64,000 nucleotides of DNA from an uncultured Acidobacteriaceae bacterium (GTDB taxonomy: Bacteria; Acidobacteriota; Terriglobia; Terriglobales; Acidobacteriaceae), in the NCBI GenBank assembly GCA_963794455.1, contig CAWCEA010000003.1, forward strand, positions 2,133,263 to 2,197,262, in the 5' to 3' direction. Position numbers and translations under genes: made by a program. The notes under the pieces were generated by a model. The model was not told the DNA's origin. It did not search any database and was given only the letters and a program-made list of their open reading frames with translations. Positions 40,037 to 49,763 of the stretch are shown one piece after another; the first letter of the stretch is position 1, and every line of letters starts with the position of its first letter.

Positions 40037-40497
40037 CTGCCGCGACAGCGTTGCCCTCCAAGTCGCCCGCCCGTCATCGCGTCCTGTTCGCAATCATCGC
40101 CGTGCTCGCGCTCGCGGGCGTCGTCGATTCAGCCGTCGCACTGCAGCGCCACTACGCGAAGTCAGCGACCGACTTTTGCGATTTCAACCAGAAGTTCAGC
40201 TGCGACATCGTGAACCGTAGCGAGCAGTCGACCCTTGCTGGAATTCCTGTCGCGGCGATCGGCGTCGCGGGCTACGCCGTTTTGTTCGTCTTATCGACCA
40301 TCTGGAAGGCGCGTTCCGATACGCCCCTCCGCCTCCTGGCTGCGAGCCTTGTCGGATTAGCCTTCGCACTCTATCTCACCTATGTCGAAGCCTATGTCCT
40401 CGACTCCTGGTGCATTCTGTGCCTGACATCGCTCGGTCTGATCTCTCTCATCAGCGTTCTCGCCATCGTGCTGAAGGTCCGGGACGCCAAGGCATGA
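40033..40497 (+). CDS. vitamin K epoxide reductase (VKOR) family protein
   Basis: ATG 40033 overlaps the upstream stop (ATGA). Loop cysteines CDFNQKFSC and active-site WCILC in a 4-5 TM protein. Confidence 0.8.
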   Translation: MTAATALPSKSPARHRVLFAIIAVLALAGVVDSAVALQRHYAKSATDFCDFNQKFSCDIVNRSEQSTLAGIPVAAIGVAGYAVLFVLSTIWKARSDTPLRLLAASLVGLAFALYLTYVEAYVLDSWCILCLTSLGLISLISVLAIVLKVRDAKA

Positions 40498-40536
40498 TCG
40501 GCTGCGTCGTTGTATCCTGATAGGGCTCTTTTCCGG

Positions 40537-41391
40537 ATGGAAGAAATCCAAAAAACTGAAAAGCAGGGACCTGGGATCGTCTCCAGCGTCATCCGCGCCG
40601 ACCATGCCACGGGAGACCTGCGTCTCCACGAATTTCGCAGCCGCATTTTTCGTAACAGCCGATTCCTGCGGGTGTGGCTGCCTCCCGGCTACGACGATCC
40701 CGCCAACGCTGGCTTGCGTTATCCGGTCTTCTACTTGAATGATGGGCAGAATCTGTTCGAGCCCGAGACCTCCTTCACCGGCGTCGAGTGGCAAGTGGAC
40801 GAGACCGGGGAGCGCCTCATTCGTGAAGGCAGAGTTCCTCCTATGATTTTCGTCGGCCTCGACAACGCCAGCAAAGATCGCATTCGCGAGTACATGCCGC
40901 ACCGTTCCCTGAATCCCATGATGTTGCGTGTCTACGGCAGTCGCTATCCGAGCTTCTTGATCAAAGAAGTCATGCCCTTCATGGCGCGCACCTACCGCGT
41001 CGCGACTGGGCCCGACAACACAGGCCTCGGCGGATCATCTCTGGGAGCGCTCATCGCCCTCTACACCGTGTCCGTGTGCCCCGGCGTGATCGGCCGGTTG
41101 CTCGTCGAGAGTCCATCATTGTGGGCGTCGAACCGGCAAATCATTCGACAGAGCCGCAGCGTCCAACGCTGGCCCCTTAGAGTTTTCCTTGCGGCCGGCA
41201 CAAACGAAGCAGGAAGAAAAGACAAAGATCAAAGCGTGGTCGATGATGTCCGTGAGCTAGCCGCGATCCTGCGCCGTGCCGGACTCGACGAGAAACGCCT
41301 CCGACTTGTTATCGAAGAAGGAGGCACGCATCACGAGTCCGCGTGGGCCCGACGCTTCCCCGAAGCGCTGGCGTTCTTGTTCGGAAAATAA
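40537..41391 (+). CDS. esterase family alpha/beta hydrolase (enterochelin-esterase-like)
   Basis: RVWLPPGYD, YPVFYLNDGQNLF and the nucleophile elbow GLGGSSLGAL. Confidence 0.7.
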   Translation: MEEIQKTEKQGPGIVSSVIRADHATGDLRLHEFRSRIFRNSRFLRVWLPPGYDDPANAGLRYPVFYLNDGQNLFEPETSFTGVEWQVDETGERLIREGRVPPMIFVGLDNASKDRIREYMPHRSLNPMMLRVYGSRYPSFLIKEVMPFMARTYRVATGPDNTGLGGSSLGALIALYTVSVCPGVIGRLLVESPSLWASNRQIIRQSRSVQRWPLRVFLAAGTNEAGRKDKDQSVVDDVRELAAILRRAGLDEKRLRLVIEEGGTHHESAWARRFPEALAFLFGK

Positions 41392-41431
41392 TGATCCGAA
41401 ATCGAGCGCGCTGTCGAACCAGGCAGAAGCG

Positions 41432-41473
41432 CTCTTCTTTGCGTTCTCAGCGTCCTTAGCGTTTCAAGCTTTT
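41432..41473 (+). repeat. family 2 repeat, copy b
   Basis: CTCTTCTTTGCGTTCTCAGCGTCCTTAGCGTTTCAAGCTTTT. Confidence 0.55.
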
Positions 41474-42702
41474 CGCTCGTTGACCGAAGACTCAGGAGCG
41501 GCGCTGATAGCCCAAATCACCCACACTCCCGCCACCATAGCCACAACCGTCAACTGAACATGCGTCCACCGCGCAAGCGGACCCACTAGCGGCAACATAT
41601 AGATCAGATACAACAGAATTCCCAACCATCCACTAGACGCGGTCCGTACTCCGGTCGCGAGCCAATCAGCCAGAAGAAGAAATGCCGGCGCCAGGATCAC
41701 CAGATCGTAAACCGTGAGATGCGGTGCAACCAGCACCGTCGCTAAGAGCAGGGAAGAATACCGTAATGCCAACGGGACACTCTGCCCGCGCCTCCAAACC
41801 GCAATCGCCAGCCCGAGCGTGACACAAGCGCTCAGAACATATAACCCAAGAGCGAAATCATGCGAGGGCACGATCATCGACCAAAATGTTCGCAACGAGT
41901 AAGTCTGATAAGGCTTCGGTTCGAGCAGCGGCAGAATCGTGCGCGAGTTCCACAGCAGGTGCAGCCACTGCCGTAACGGTTGTAACCCGTAACAAAGAAC
42001 TCCCACAATAAGCTGCGCACCCGCCGACAGAACCGCTCCAACCACAATCTTCCCAGCTCCAATCGCCACAAAAGCAATCGCGGCCGCCAGCCCCAACTGC
42101 GGCTTAAAGATGAGGCAACCAAGCACCACCCCAGCAAGGAATTCCCGTCGATCGCGCAGCAGAAAGTACATCAAGGAGAAGCAGGCCAGCGCGAGAGCCG
42201 ATGTCTGTCCCCACGCAATCAAATGAAAGAATGCCGGAAACGCCGCCGCCACAATAAGAACCGTTCCACCGTGATCCCGCAGGTTCGGACACGCCCGCCA
42301 AATGCCGTAGCAGCAGACCCCATAAATTGCCGCGCTGAACCCCCACCACAAAGCCAGCGCCCACCCATACGAAAGTCGCGCCAGCGGCGCAAACAGAACC
42401 GAAACCTGCGGCGGATAGAGCGGTAAATATCGAATGCCGGTAGCCTCTGGCACTCGCCGAGCAGCGAGTGCCGCCTGCGCGTTCATGTCATACAAATCCG
42501 CGCCGCGATGTTCGACCGCCAATGTTCCCAGCGTATAAAAATGCAGAAAATCCGTGCCCTTGAGATTGCCGCTCCGATCGCGCAGCCCTGGCGTTGCCAA
42601 ATTCCATCCGTACACCAACCAAAGGCACAGTGCGAGAATCGTTGCATGGGCTCGCAAGCGCCTGGCAGTAAGCCAACTGCTCGGATTGCTCGTGATCGCC
42701 AT
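41464..42702 (-). CDS. polytopic membrane glycosyltransferase-like protein (GT87/DUF2029-like)
   Basis: 412 aa with more than 10 TM segments and an N-terminal loop motif GNLKGTDFLHFYTLG. Confidence 0.55.
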   Translation of the reverse strand: MAITSNPSSWLTARRLRAHATILALCLWLVYGWNLATPGLRDRSGNLKGTDFLHFYTLGTLAVEHRGADLYDMNAQAALAARRVPEATGIRYLPLYPPQVSVLFAPLARLSYGWALALWWGFSAAIYGVCCYGIWRACPNLRDHGGTVLIVAAAFPAFFHLIAWGQTSALALACFSLMYFLLRDRREFLAGVVLGCLIFKPQLGLAAAIAFVAIGAGKIVVGAVLSAGAQLIVGVLCYGLQPLRQWLHLLWNSRTILPLLEPKPYQTYSLRTFWSMIVPSHDFALGLYVLSACVTLGLAIAVWRRGQSVPLALRYSSLLLATVLVAPHLTVYDLVILAPAFLLLADWLATGVRTASSGWLGILLYLIYMLPLVGPLARWTHVQLTVVAMVAGVWVIWAISAAPESSVNERKA

Positions 42703-42742
42703 GTCGTGGGCGGGACAATCAGCTTGAAGACGATATCAGTAT

Positions 42743-44455
42743 TTATTTCGCGGAGAGCGCGTTGCCATAAGGTTCAAGCTTCGGCGAAGGATCATCGGCA
42801 GCAATCCTCCAAGCTCGACGATCTTTGAAATAACGTAGCACTTCTTGATTGTCGTTTTCGCCCATATCGCGCGCCCACACGATTTTCGCCGTATCGATCG
42901 ATGCCTCGTTCCAGACCCACTCCCGATCGACATCGTGCGGGACACCGTAGCGGACAAATACCAGTTGGCCACCACTAAGGCGGCGAAGTTCGCGTACCTT
43001 GGTGGCTCTTTCCAGATTTCCACGCGGCCAGTCTGGCTCGATGTGGGTATTGGTCGCGGCCGCCGTAACGCGCAACAGAATCATGGCGCAAGCGAGTAAT
43101 GGGATAGCTCGAACGACAGAAAGGCCAATCGCGCTCCCCCGTCTGCGCCACAACCGTAGATGGCGCAAGCCCTGTACGAGAACAATGTAGAGCGCGCACG
43201 CGAATGGGGAAAAGTAGTGCGGGAACGTCCAGGTTTGGACTGCAAAGCCGGCCATGATTACACCGCACAGCGTGAGCGGCAGAGCCAGTTTCCTCTGCCG
43301 GACGATCCAAGGCAGCGCAAGCAAAGGCAGGGTTAGAAGCGGGCCCAGATAGAATAGCCACCAAATCTCAATCTTGTCCGCCGCTCGTTCAACGTATCCT
43401 TGGAACGTTAAGTTCCGTTCGAACTCGCCCAGTTCCCAGCGGTAATAATCGCGCATCACGGCATGGTGATATTCCGGCTCCGGACGTGGCTTTTGCCAGA
43501 TGAAGTATGGGGCCATCGCATACTGATTCCGATCGACCTGATACGTCATCTCGACTGGAGATCCGGTGACGCGATCGTAGTACCATGCCATCATCAACCC
43601 ACCGAGTAGAAGTACGGCAAGCACCGGGAATACCACGCTCGACAATGCTTGCTTTAGCGGCGGATGATTCCGCCCGGCTAACCAGAACAACATGGCGAGT
43701 GCCATGGGAATCGCGAAAACGAATCCCTCGTAAGGGCGGCTGTTCGCCAGAATCAACAGCCCCCCTGCAAAAAGCAGAGCATTGCGCAAAGATGGTCTCT
43801 TGCGCAGCCGTGGCCACGCGCCCAACACCAGTGCTCCCCCCAAGGCCGCCACCGAAGCGCACCAGTAAGTGTTCATCCAGTAACTGAGAATCCCCAGTCG
43901 TAACACCGCCAGCACTCCGCCGAGCAGCGCCCACCTCGGTGTCAGCCAGCCCTGCAGCATCCAACACAGCGCCGCGCACATCGCAGCGGTAATGAGCAAT
44001 TGTCCGATCCAGGGATGCCCGAGCAGTTTCCCCGCGGCCAGAACCAGCCCCTGCGCGGGAGGATACATCGACATATAGGTTGGCCGTTCGATGAAGTCGA
44101 AGCCTTCGAAATGAATCCACATCGGATGAGTCGGATTCGTGACCCTTCCGTGAGCGAATGTGTCAGCGGCCAGAAGGTAGCTGAACTCGTCGTTCCATCG
44201 GGGCTCCGGGACCCCCAGTGCTGGGATGAACGTGACTCGTATTACGACCACGCTCGCTCCAACCGCCACTATGGATAGCCACTTTCGTCGCGCCAGGCGC
44301 CGTAAACTACGCTCCACCGAGCCGAAGGCCGAGGTCTGTTTGCGTACTGACCTTCGCCGCTCAGAAAGGACAATGAGCAACCCCGCCGCGCTCATCAAAA
44401 CGAATTCAATGATCGCAAGCGAAAAAGGCGCAAGCCGGACGTAGATGTTCTGCAT
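42743..44455 (-). CDS. polytopic membrane protein, GT-C (ArnT/PMT-like) glycosyltransferase candidate
   Basis: 570 aa. First-loop acidic motif [14 protein letters not shown], many TM segments and a soluble C-terminal domain. Confidence 0.45.
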   Translation of the reverse strand: MQNIYVRLAPFSLAIIEFVLMSAAGLLIVLSERRRSVRKQTSAFGSVERSLRRLARRKWLSIVAVGASVVVIRVTFIPALGVPEPRWNDEFSYLLAADTFAHGRVTNPTHPMWIHFEGFDFIERPTYMSMYPPAQGLVLAAGKLLGHPWIGQLLITAAMCAALCWMLQGWLTPRWALLGGVLAVLRLGILSYWMNTYWCASVAALGGALVLGAWPRLRKRPSLRNALLFAGGLLILANSRPYEGFVFAIPMALAMLFWLAGRNHPPLKQALSSVVFPVLAVLLLGGLMMAWYYDRVTGSPVEMTYQVDRNQYAMAPYFIWQKPRPEPEYHHAVMRDYYRWELGEFERNLTFQGYVERAADKIEIWWLFYLGPLLTLPLLALPWIVRQRKLALPLTLCGVIMAGFAVQTWTFPHYFSPFACALYIVLVQGLRHLRLWRRRGSAIGLSVVRAIPLLACAMILLRVTAAATNTHIEPDWPRGNLERATKVRELRRLSGGQLVFVRYGVPHDVDREWVWNEASIDTAKIVWARDMGENDNQEVLRYFKDRRAWRIAADDPSPKLEPYGNALSAK

Positions 44456-44500
44456 GGTAAAGGTGAGCTCCGCAGTACTTTATTCCCGCGGGTGAGTGGC

Positions 44501-44537
44501 AAGAAAAACCTCCACCCGCCGGGAAGCACGTGGAGGT
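44501..44537 (-). terminator. candidate Rho-independent terminator of pfkA
   Basis: On the minus strand, ACCTCCAC-(14 nt)-GTGGAGGT forms an 8-bp stem followed by TTTTTCTT. It lies 15 nt after the pfkA stop. Confidence 0.45.
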
Positions 44538-44551
44538 CGGACGACAAACTC

Positions 44552-45619
44552 CTACTTATTCGCAGTTTCTTTCACGCCGATTTCTTCGAACAATCCATCC
44601 ACGATCTGAATCATCTCGTTGTCGACGACGCGATTCTTCGAGATCGCTTCCTTCAGCGGGATCGACACGATCTTGTTCGACCGCAGCGCTGCCATGCACC
44701 CAAACTCGCCGCGATGCACCATGTCGATCGCGCCCAGTCCATAGCGTGTGGCTAGCACACGGTCAAACGCACTCGGCGAGCCGCCGCGCTGGATGTGTCC
44801 CAGGACCACGGCGCGCGTTTCGAATCCGGTACGCTTCTCAATTTCACGCGCGAGAATGTTCGCGATGCCGCCCAGCTTGGCGTGCCCGAATTCGTCCTTC
44901 CCCATATCCTGCAGGATCGGAGATCCCGAGCCTTCCGAGGAAAACTTCGCCCCTTCTGCGACCACGACAATCGAAAAGTAGCGTCCGCGTTCGTGCCGCT
45001 GCCGAATCGACTCGGCAACTTTGTCGACATCGAACGGCCGCTCCGGAATCAGAATCACATCCGCGCCACCGGCCACGCCGCTGTACAGCGCGATCCAGCC
45101 CGCATCGCGCCCCATAACCTCGACCACCATCACGCGGTTGTGCGCCTCTGCCGTCGTATGAATACGGTCAATCGCTTCGCAGACGATGTTGCACGCCGTA
45201 TCGAATCCAAACGTGTAGTCCGTTCCGCCGAGATCGTTGTCGATGGTTTTAGGAACACCTACGATCTTGAGTCCTTTTTCGTGCAACTTCTGCGCAACCG
45301 ACAACGTGTCGTCCCCGCCAATCGCGATCATAGCGTCGACTTTGTGTTTGTCGATCGTGGCCAGGCACCGCTCTACGCCGTCGGGACGCTTCGAAGGATT
45401 CGTCCGCGATGTGCGCAGAATCGTTCCTCCCCGCGGCAGAATTCCGCCCACCGCGTCCAGATCGAGGGGCATCGTCATATCTTCGATCAGACCGCGCCAG
45501 CCCTCCATGAAGCCAATAAATTCGTCGTGATAATGAAATATTCCCTTGCGGACCACGGCGCGGATGACTGCATTCAGGCCCGGGCAGTCGCCCCCGCCAG
45601 TTAACATGCCAATCTTCAT
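44552..45619 (-). CDS. pfkA: 6-phosphofructokinase
   Basis: MKIGMLTGGGDCPGLNAVIRAVV, GGDDTL and PKTIDNDL motifs. Confidence 0.9.
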   Translation of the reverse strand: MKIGMLTGGGDCPGLNAVIRAVVRKGIFHYHDEFIGFMEGWRGLIEDMTMPLDLDAVGGILPRGGTILRTSRTNPSKRPDGVERCLATIDKHKVDAMIAIGGDDTLSVAQKLHEKGLKIVGVPKTIDNDLGGTDYTFGFDTACNIVCEAIDRIHTTAEAHNRVMVVEVMGRDAGWIALYSGVAGGADVILIPERPFDVDKVAESIRQRHERGRYFSIVVVAEGAKFSSEGSGSPILQDMGKDEFGHAKLGGIANILAREIEKRTGFETRAVVLGHIQRGGSPSAFDRVLATRYGLGAIDMVHRGEFGCMAALRSNKIVSIPLKEAISKNRVVDNEMIQIVDGLFEEIGVKETANK

Positions 45620-45866
45620 TGTTTGCTCCTAAGATAAGTTCGGAATGAATCCTCGGAATGCACCCCCAGTACAGGGGTTTGACGAAATGGCCCAGAACAC
45701 AAGGGTGGCAGTCGTTCGGAACAAATAGAGTAACACTAAATCGAGCACTACCGAAGTAAAGTCTGCAAGACACAACCGTAGTGACTCACTGCAGATTTGC
45801 TGACAGGCCTGACACTCGGCGTCATCCCGAAGCCCCGCGTTTCTTGTCCAGCAATCGCTCCCAAGC

Positions 45867-45918
45867 CCTTCTTGGCGACCTTTGCGCACCCTTAGCGTCC
45901 TTCGCGTTTTAAGGTTTT
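45867..45918 (+). repeat. family 2 repeat, copy c
   Basis: CCTTCTTGGCGACCTTTGCGCACCCTTAGCGTCCTTCGCGTTTTAAGGTTTT. Confidence 0.55.
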
Positions 45919-46020
45919 GTTCTTTGCTCGGGAAAGCTGTCGTCCGAACCGTTCCGACATTAAACATTGCGCTCCCGCCTCAGATTCGCCACAATGCTGC
46001 GAACCAAAATTAATCCATCC

Positions 46021-48063
46021 ATGAAAAAGGCTCTATCAGTTTTCACCTGGATCCTAGTCGCCCTGCTCGGCACCACAGCGGTCGGAGTCGTTGCCTTCCG
46101 CCGCGGCGAACCCATCAACGCTCTGTGGCTGGTCGCGGCAGCGACCTGCTGCTATGCCATCGGATATCGCTTCTACAGTAAGTTCATCGCGGCAAAAATT
46201 CTCGCCCTCGATGCTCTTCGCGCCACTCCCGCCGAGCGTCTCGAAAATGGCCGCGATTTCCTGGTCACCAACAAGTGGGTCGTCTTCGGACATCACTTCG
46301 CCGCCATCGCTGGCCCCGGCCCGTTAGTCGGCCCCGTCCTCGCCGCGCAGTTCGGCTATCTCCCCGGCACGCTCTGGGTTCTCGCCGGCGCCGTCTTCGC
46401 CGGTTGCGTGCAGGATTTCGTCATCCTCCTGTTCTCCGTCCGCCGCGACGGCAAATCGCTCACCGAAATGGCGAAGGAAGAAATCGGACGTGTCGGGGGA
46501 TTCGTCGCCTACGCCGCAGTCATCGCGATCCTCGTCATCTTGCTCGCCGTCGTCGCGCTGATCGTCGTCAACGCCCTGAAAGACAGTCCGTGGGCCACAT
46601 TCACCATCGCCATGACCATCCCCATCGCGCTTCTGATGGGCCTCTACCTGCGCCGCATTCGCCCCGGCAAAGTCCTGGAAGTCTCCGCTTTCGGTTTCAT
46701 CCTCGTACTTCTCGCGATCTGGGGAGGCCAGTGGGCTTCGCAAAACGCAGCGATGGCCCAACTCTTTACCCTGCGCGCCAACACCCTCGCGATTCTCATC
46801 ATCCTCTACGCCTTTGCCGCGTCGGCGTTGCCCGTGTGGCTGCTCCTCGCGCCGCGTGACTACCTCAGCACGTTCGTGAAGCTAGGCACGATCGGCCTTC
46901 TGGGCATCGGCATCGTCGCTCTGCATCCCACGCTTCACATGCCCGCCCTCACGCGCTTCATTGACGGCACCGGCCCCGTGTTTGCCGGGAAAGTCTTTCC
47001 CTTCGCCTTCATCACCATCGCCTGCGGCGCCATCAGCGGATTCCACTCCCTAATCTCCAGCGGAACGACGCCCAAACTCATCGCCCGTGAAACCCAGACT
47101 CGCATGGTTGGCTACGGCGCCATGATGGCCGAGTCCGCCGTCGCCGTCATGGCCATCATTGCCGCTTGCGCCCTGCAACCCGGTGTGTACTTTGCGATAA
47201 ATAGCCCCGCAGGCATCGTCGGACAGACAGCCGCGAGTGCCACCGCGACCATCTCTAACTGGGGATTCCCCGTGACCGCCGCCGAAATGCAAGCCCTCGC
47301 TCACGCCGTCGGCGAGCAGACGCTCTTCAACCGTACCGGAGGCGCCCCCGCATTTGCCGTCGGCATGGCCCACATTTTTTCGCAGAGTCTCGGCGGCGAA
47401 ACTGTCATGGCCCTCTGGTATCACTTCGCTGTCATGTTCGAAGCTTTATTTATTCTGACCATCCTCGACGCCGGCACCCGCGTCGCCCGCTTCATGCTGC
47501 AAGACGCTCTCGGCCACATCTACAAACCTCTCGGCCGCACCAGTTGGTATCCGTCGATCCTCGCCACCAGCGCGCTCATCGTCGCCGCCTGGGGATTCTT
47601 CCTCTGGCAAGGCGTGAAAGATCCCCTGGGCGGAATCAATTCTCTCTGGCCACTCTTCGGCATCGCCAACCAGTTACTCGCGACCGTCGCACTCTGCGTC
47701 GCCACGACCATCATCATCAAGTTGCATCGTACTCGTTACGCCGCCGTAACTCTGATTCCTCTGATGTGGCTTGTAGCGGTCACGTTCACCGCCTCGTGGG
47801 ACAAAATACTCGATCCCAGCCCGCGCATAGGATTTCTCTCTCAGGCCCGTGCATTAGCCAGCGGACCAGCCACCACCGCCACCGCGCGACTCATCTTCAA
47901 CAACCGTCTGGACGCCGCTGTCACCGCCGCTCTCGTCGTGATGGTCGCGCTAGTGTTGATCGAGTCAGCCCGTCAGTGGATCGGAGTTCTTACCGGCGCC
48001 AAAGAAGCCCGCGTGAAAGAAGCCCCATTCGTAATGACTCGTCTAGCCGAGGACAGAATATGA
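46021..48063 (+). CDS. cstA: carbon starvation protein A (peptide/pyruvate transporter)
   Basis: Start trimmed to MKKALSVFTWILVALLG. HHFAAIAGPGPLVGPVLAAQFGYLPG and CGAISGFHSLISSGTTPK. Confidence 0.9.
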   Translation: MKKALSVFTWILVALLGTTAVGVVAFRRGEPINALWLVAAATCCYAIGYRFYSKFIAAKILALDALRATPAERLENGRDFLVTNKWVVFGHHFAAIAGPGPLVGPVLAAQFGYLPGTLWVLAGAVFAGCVQDFVILLFSVRRDGKSLTEMAKEEIGRVGGFVAYAAVIAILVILLAVVALIVVNALKDSPWATFTIAMTIPIALLMGLYLRRIRPGKVLEVSAFGFILVLLAIWGGQWASQNAAMAQLFTLRANTLAILIILYAFAASALPVWLLLAPRDYLSTFVKLGTIGLLGIGIVALHPTLHMPALTRFIDGTGPVFAGKVFPFAFITIACGAISGFHSLISSGTTPKLIARETQTRMVGYGAMMAESAVAVMAIIAACALQPGVYFAINSPAGIVGQTAASATATISNWGFPVTAAEMQALAHAVGEQTLFNRTGGAPAFAVGMAHIFSQSLGGETVMALWYHFAVMFEALFILTILDAGTRVARFMLQDALGHIYKPLGRTSWYPSILATSALIVAAWGFFLWQGVKDPLGGINSLWPLFGIANQLLATVALCVATTIIIKLHRTRYAAVTLIPLMWLVAVTFTASWDKILDPSPRIGFLSQARALASGPATTATARLIFNNRLDAAVTAALVVMVALVLIESARQWIGVLTGAKEARVKEAPFVMTRLAEDRI

Positions 48064-48236
48064 CCCGCCTGATCAACGCAGCCCAAATCCTTCTAGCCAC
48101 GCTCCGCGAAATTTTCGACGAAGCACCCTACGCCCGATTCCTGACTCGCAACCGAATCGCGTCATCGCCCAAAGCTTACGCCGCGTTCCGCCAGGAATTC
48201 GAAGAGGCGAAAGGCCGCCGCCCCAAGTGCTGCTGA
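48060..48236 (+). CDS. YbdD/YjiX family small protein (CstA-associated)
   Basis: 58 aa. The ATG overlaps the cstA stop (ATGA). The protein reads MTRLINAAQILLATLREIFDEAPYARFL ... KCC. Confidence 0.7.
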   Translation: MTRLINAAQILLATLREIFDEAPYARFLTRNRIASSPKAYAAFRQEFEEAKGRRPKCC

Positions 48237-48243
48237 ACCAGAT

Positions 48244-48286
48244 TTCCTTCGTGGACCTTCGTGTCCTTAGTGGTTAACGCCTTTCG
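48244..48286 (+). repeat. family 2 repeat, GTG variant, copy d
   Basis: TTCCTTCGTGGACCTTCGTGTCCTTAGTGGTTAACGCCTTTCG. Confidence 0.5.
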
Positions 48287-48331
48287 AATTCGTAGGCCCG
48301 CGACCCTCAATCCGCGATAAACTTGCACTCA

Positions 48332-48835
48332 ATGCGCGTCCTGGGCATCGATTGCGGCGGAGAATATACGGGCTACGGCGTAGTCGAAATGTATTCTGCC
48401 GGAAAGCTCCACTGCCTGACCTGCGGCGCCATCAAACTTTCTCCGCGCGAAGCCCTGCCGCGCCGCCTCTCCCGAATCTTCACCCAACTCGGTGAGATCA
48501 TCAGCGAGCACCATCCCGACGAAGTCGCCATTGAAGATGTCTTCTATGCCCTGAACGTGAAGTCAGCCCTCAAACTCGGCCAGGTCCGCGGCGTTGCCAT
48601 GCTCGCCGCCGCCGCCGCCGGACTCGAGGTCGCCGAATACTCTCCGCTCACCATTAAATCCTCGGTCGTCGGCTACGGACGCGCCGAAAAGCAGCAGGTG
48701 CAGCACATGGTCACGCGCCTTCTGGAACTCTCCATCCCGCCTGAGCCCATGGACGCCTCCGACGCGCTGGCCATCGCCATCTGCCACCTGCACACCTCCG
48801 GCACTCTCAGCAGGCAACGCGCCCTGGCGCGATAG
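48332..48835 (+). CDS. ruvC: crossover junction endodeoxyribonuclease RuvC
   Basis: MRVLGIDCGGEYTGYGVVE, EVAIEDVFY and ASDALAIAICH catalytic-acid contexts. Confidence 0.9.
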   Translation: MRVLGIDCGGEYTGYGVVEMYSAGKLHCLTCGAIKLSPREALPRRLSRIFTQLGEIISEHHPDEVAIEDVFYALNVKSALKLGQVRGVAMLAAAAAGLEVAEYSPLTIKSSVVGYGRAEKQQVQHMVTRLLELSIPPEPMDASDALAIAICHLHTSGTLSRQRALAR

Positions 48836-48876
48836 CGTCCCATAGAAGCCGAACTTTTGGCATAATCTCACTACCC

Positions 48877-49632
48877 GTGGATGAGGCTGGTACGAGATCA
48901 AATCGCAAGAACTGCCTGAGGGCTGATGTGAGATCGCATCGCGTCGCGCCGTCGCTGTGGGCAGCGCGCGTTTTGCCGATGTTGTTCCTCGCCAGCTTTG
49001 TTCTGTTCTCCACTCACGCCGCTCACGCCGCCGATCCCGCCACCGTCACCTTCTCACTCGATTTCCCCAACTCCGACCCCGAGCACTATTCCATCTCCGT
49101 TCAGTCCGACGGTCGCGCGAAGTACGAGAGCTCAGGCAGAATCTCGGAAGACTCCGAAGATCGCCAGACCTATCAGACCGAATTCACAATCTCGGACGCA
49201 ACCCGCTCCCGCATCTTCGACCTCGCCGCCCAATCCCACTATTTCTCCGGCAAAGTCGATTCCGGAAAGAAAAAACTTGCTTTCACCGGGGCCAAGAAAC
49301 TCACCTACAAAGACAGCCAGCACGAAACCACTGCGGCATACAATTTCTCGCCGCAACCGGCCGTTGAGCAGCTGACTACTCTGTTTCAGAGCATCAGCGC
49401 CACCCTGGAGTTCGGCCGTCGCCTCGTCCATTTCCACCAATACCAGAAGCTCGCCCTTGACGATGAGTTGAAGCGCATGGAATCGGAAGCTCGTTCCGGG
49501 GAACTGGCCGAACTGCAGGCCGTCAAGCCGATCCTGCAGGCAATCTACGACGACAGCTCCGTGATGAACGTCGTCCGCGCCCGCGCCCAACGCATCATGG
49601 CAATGGAGTCCGCTGCGATCGCGGCACACTGA
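48877..49632 (+). CDS. hypothetical secreted protein
   Basis: Signal-peptide-like LPMLFLASFVLFSTHAAHA. The real start is probably GTG 48928 or ATG 48979. No family recognised. Confidence 0.45.
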   Translation: MDEAGTRSNRKNCLRADVRSHRVAPSLWAARVLPMLFLASFVLFSTHAAHAADPATVTFSLDFPNSDPEHYSISVQSDGRAKYESSGRISEDSEDRQTYQTEFTISDATRSRIFDLAAQSHYFSGKVDSGKKKLAFTGAKKLTYKDSQHETTAAYNFSPQPAVEQLTTLFQSISATLEFGRRLVHFHQYQKLALDDELKRMESEARSGELAELQAVKPILQAIYDDSSVMNVVRARAQRIMAMESAAIAAH

Positions 49633-49763
49633 CTTCCGGCCTGAATCCGCGTCTCTTCCTGATAAATGTCCTCTGGACCAACCTTTTACAATTCCCCCGG
49701 CCAAACCGTGTTCTAATAGCCATGTTCAACAGGCTTGTCCCAGAAAGACCTTCGGAGGCTGTC

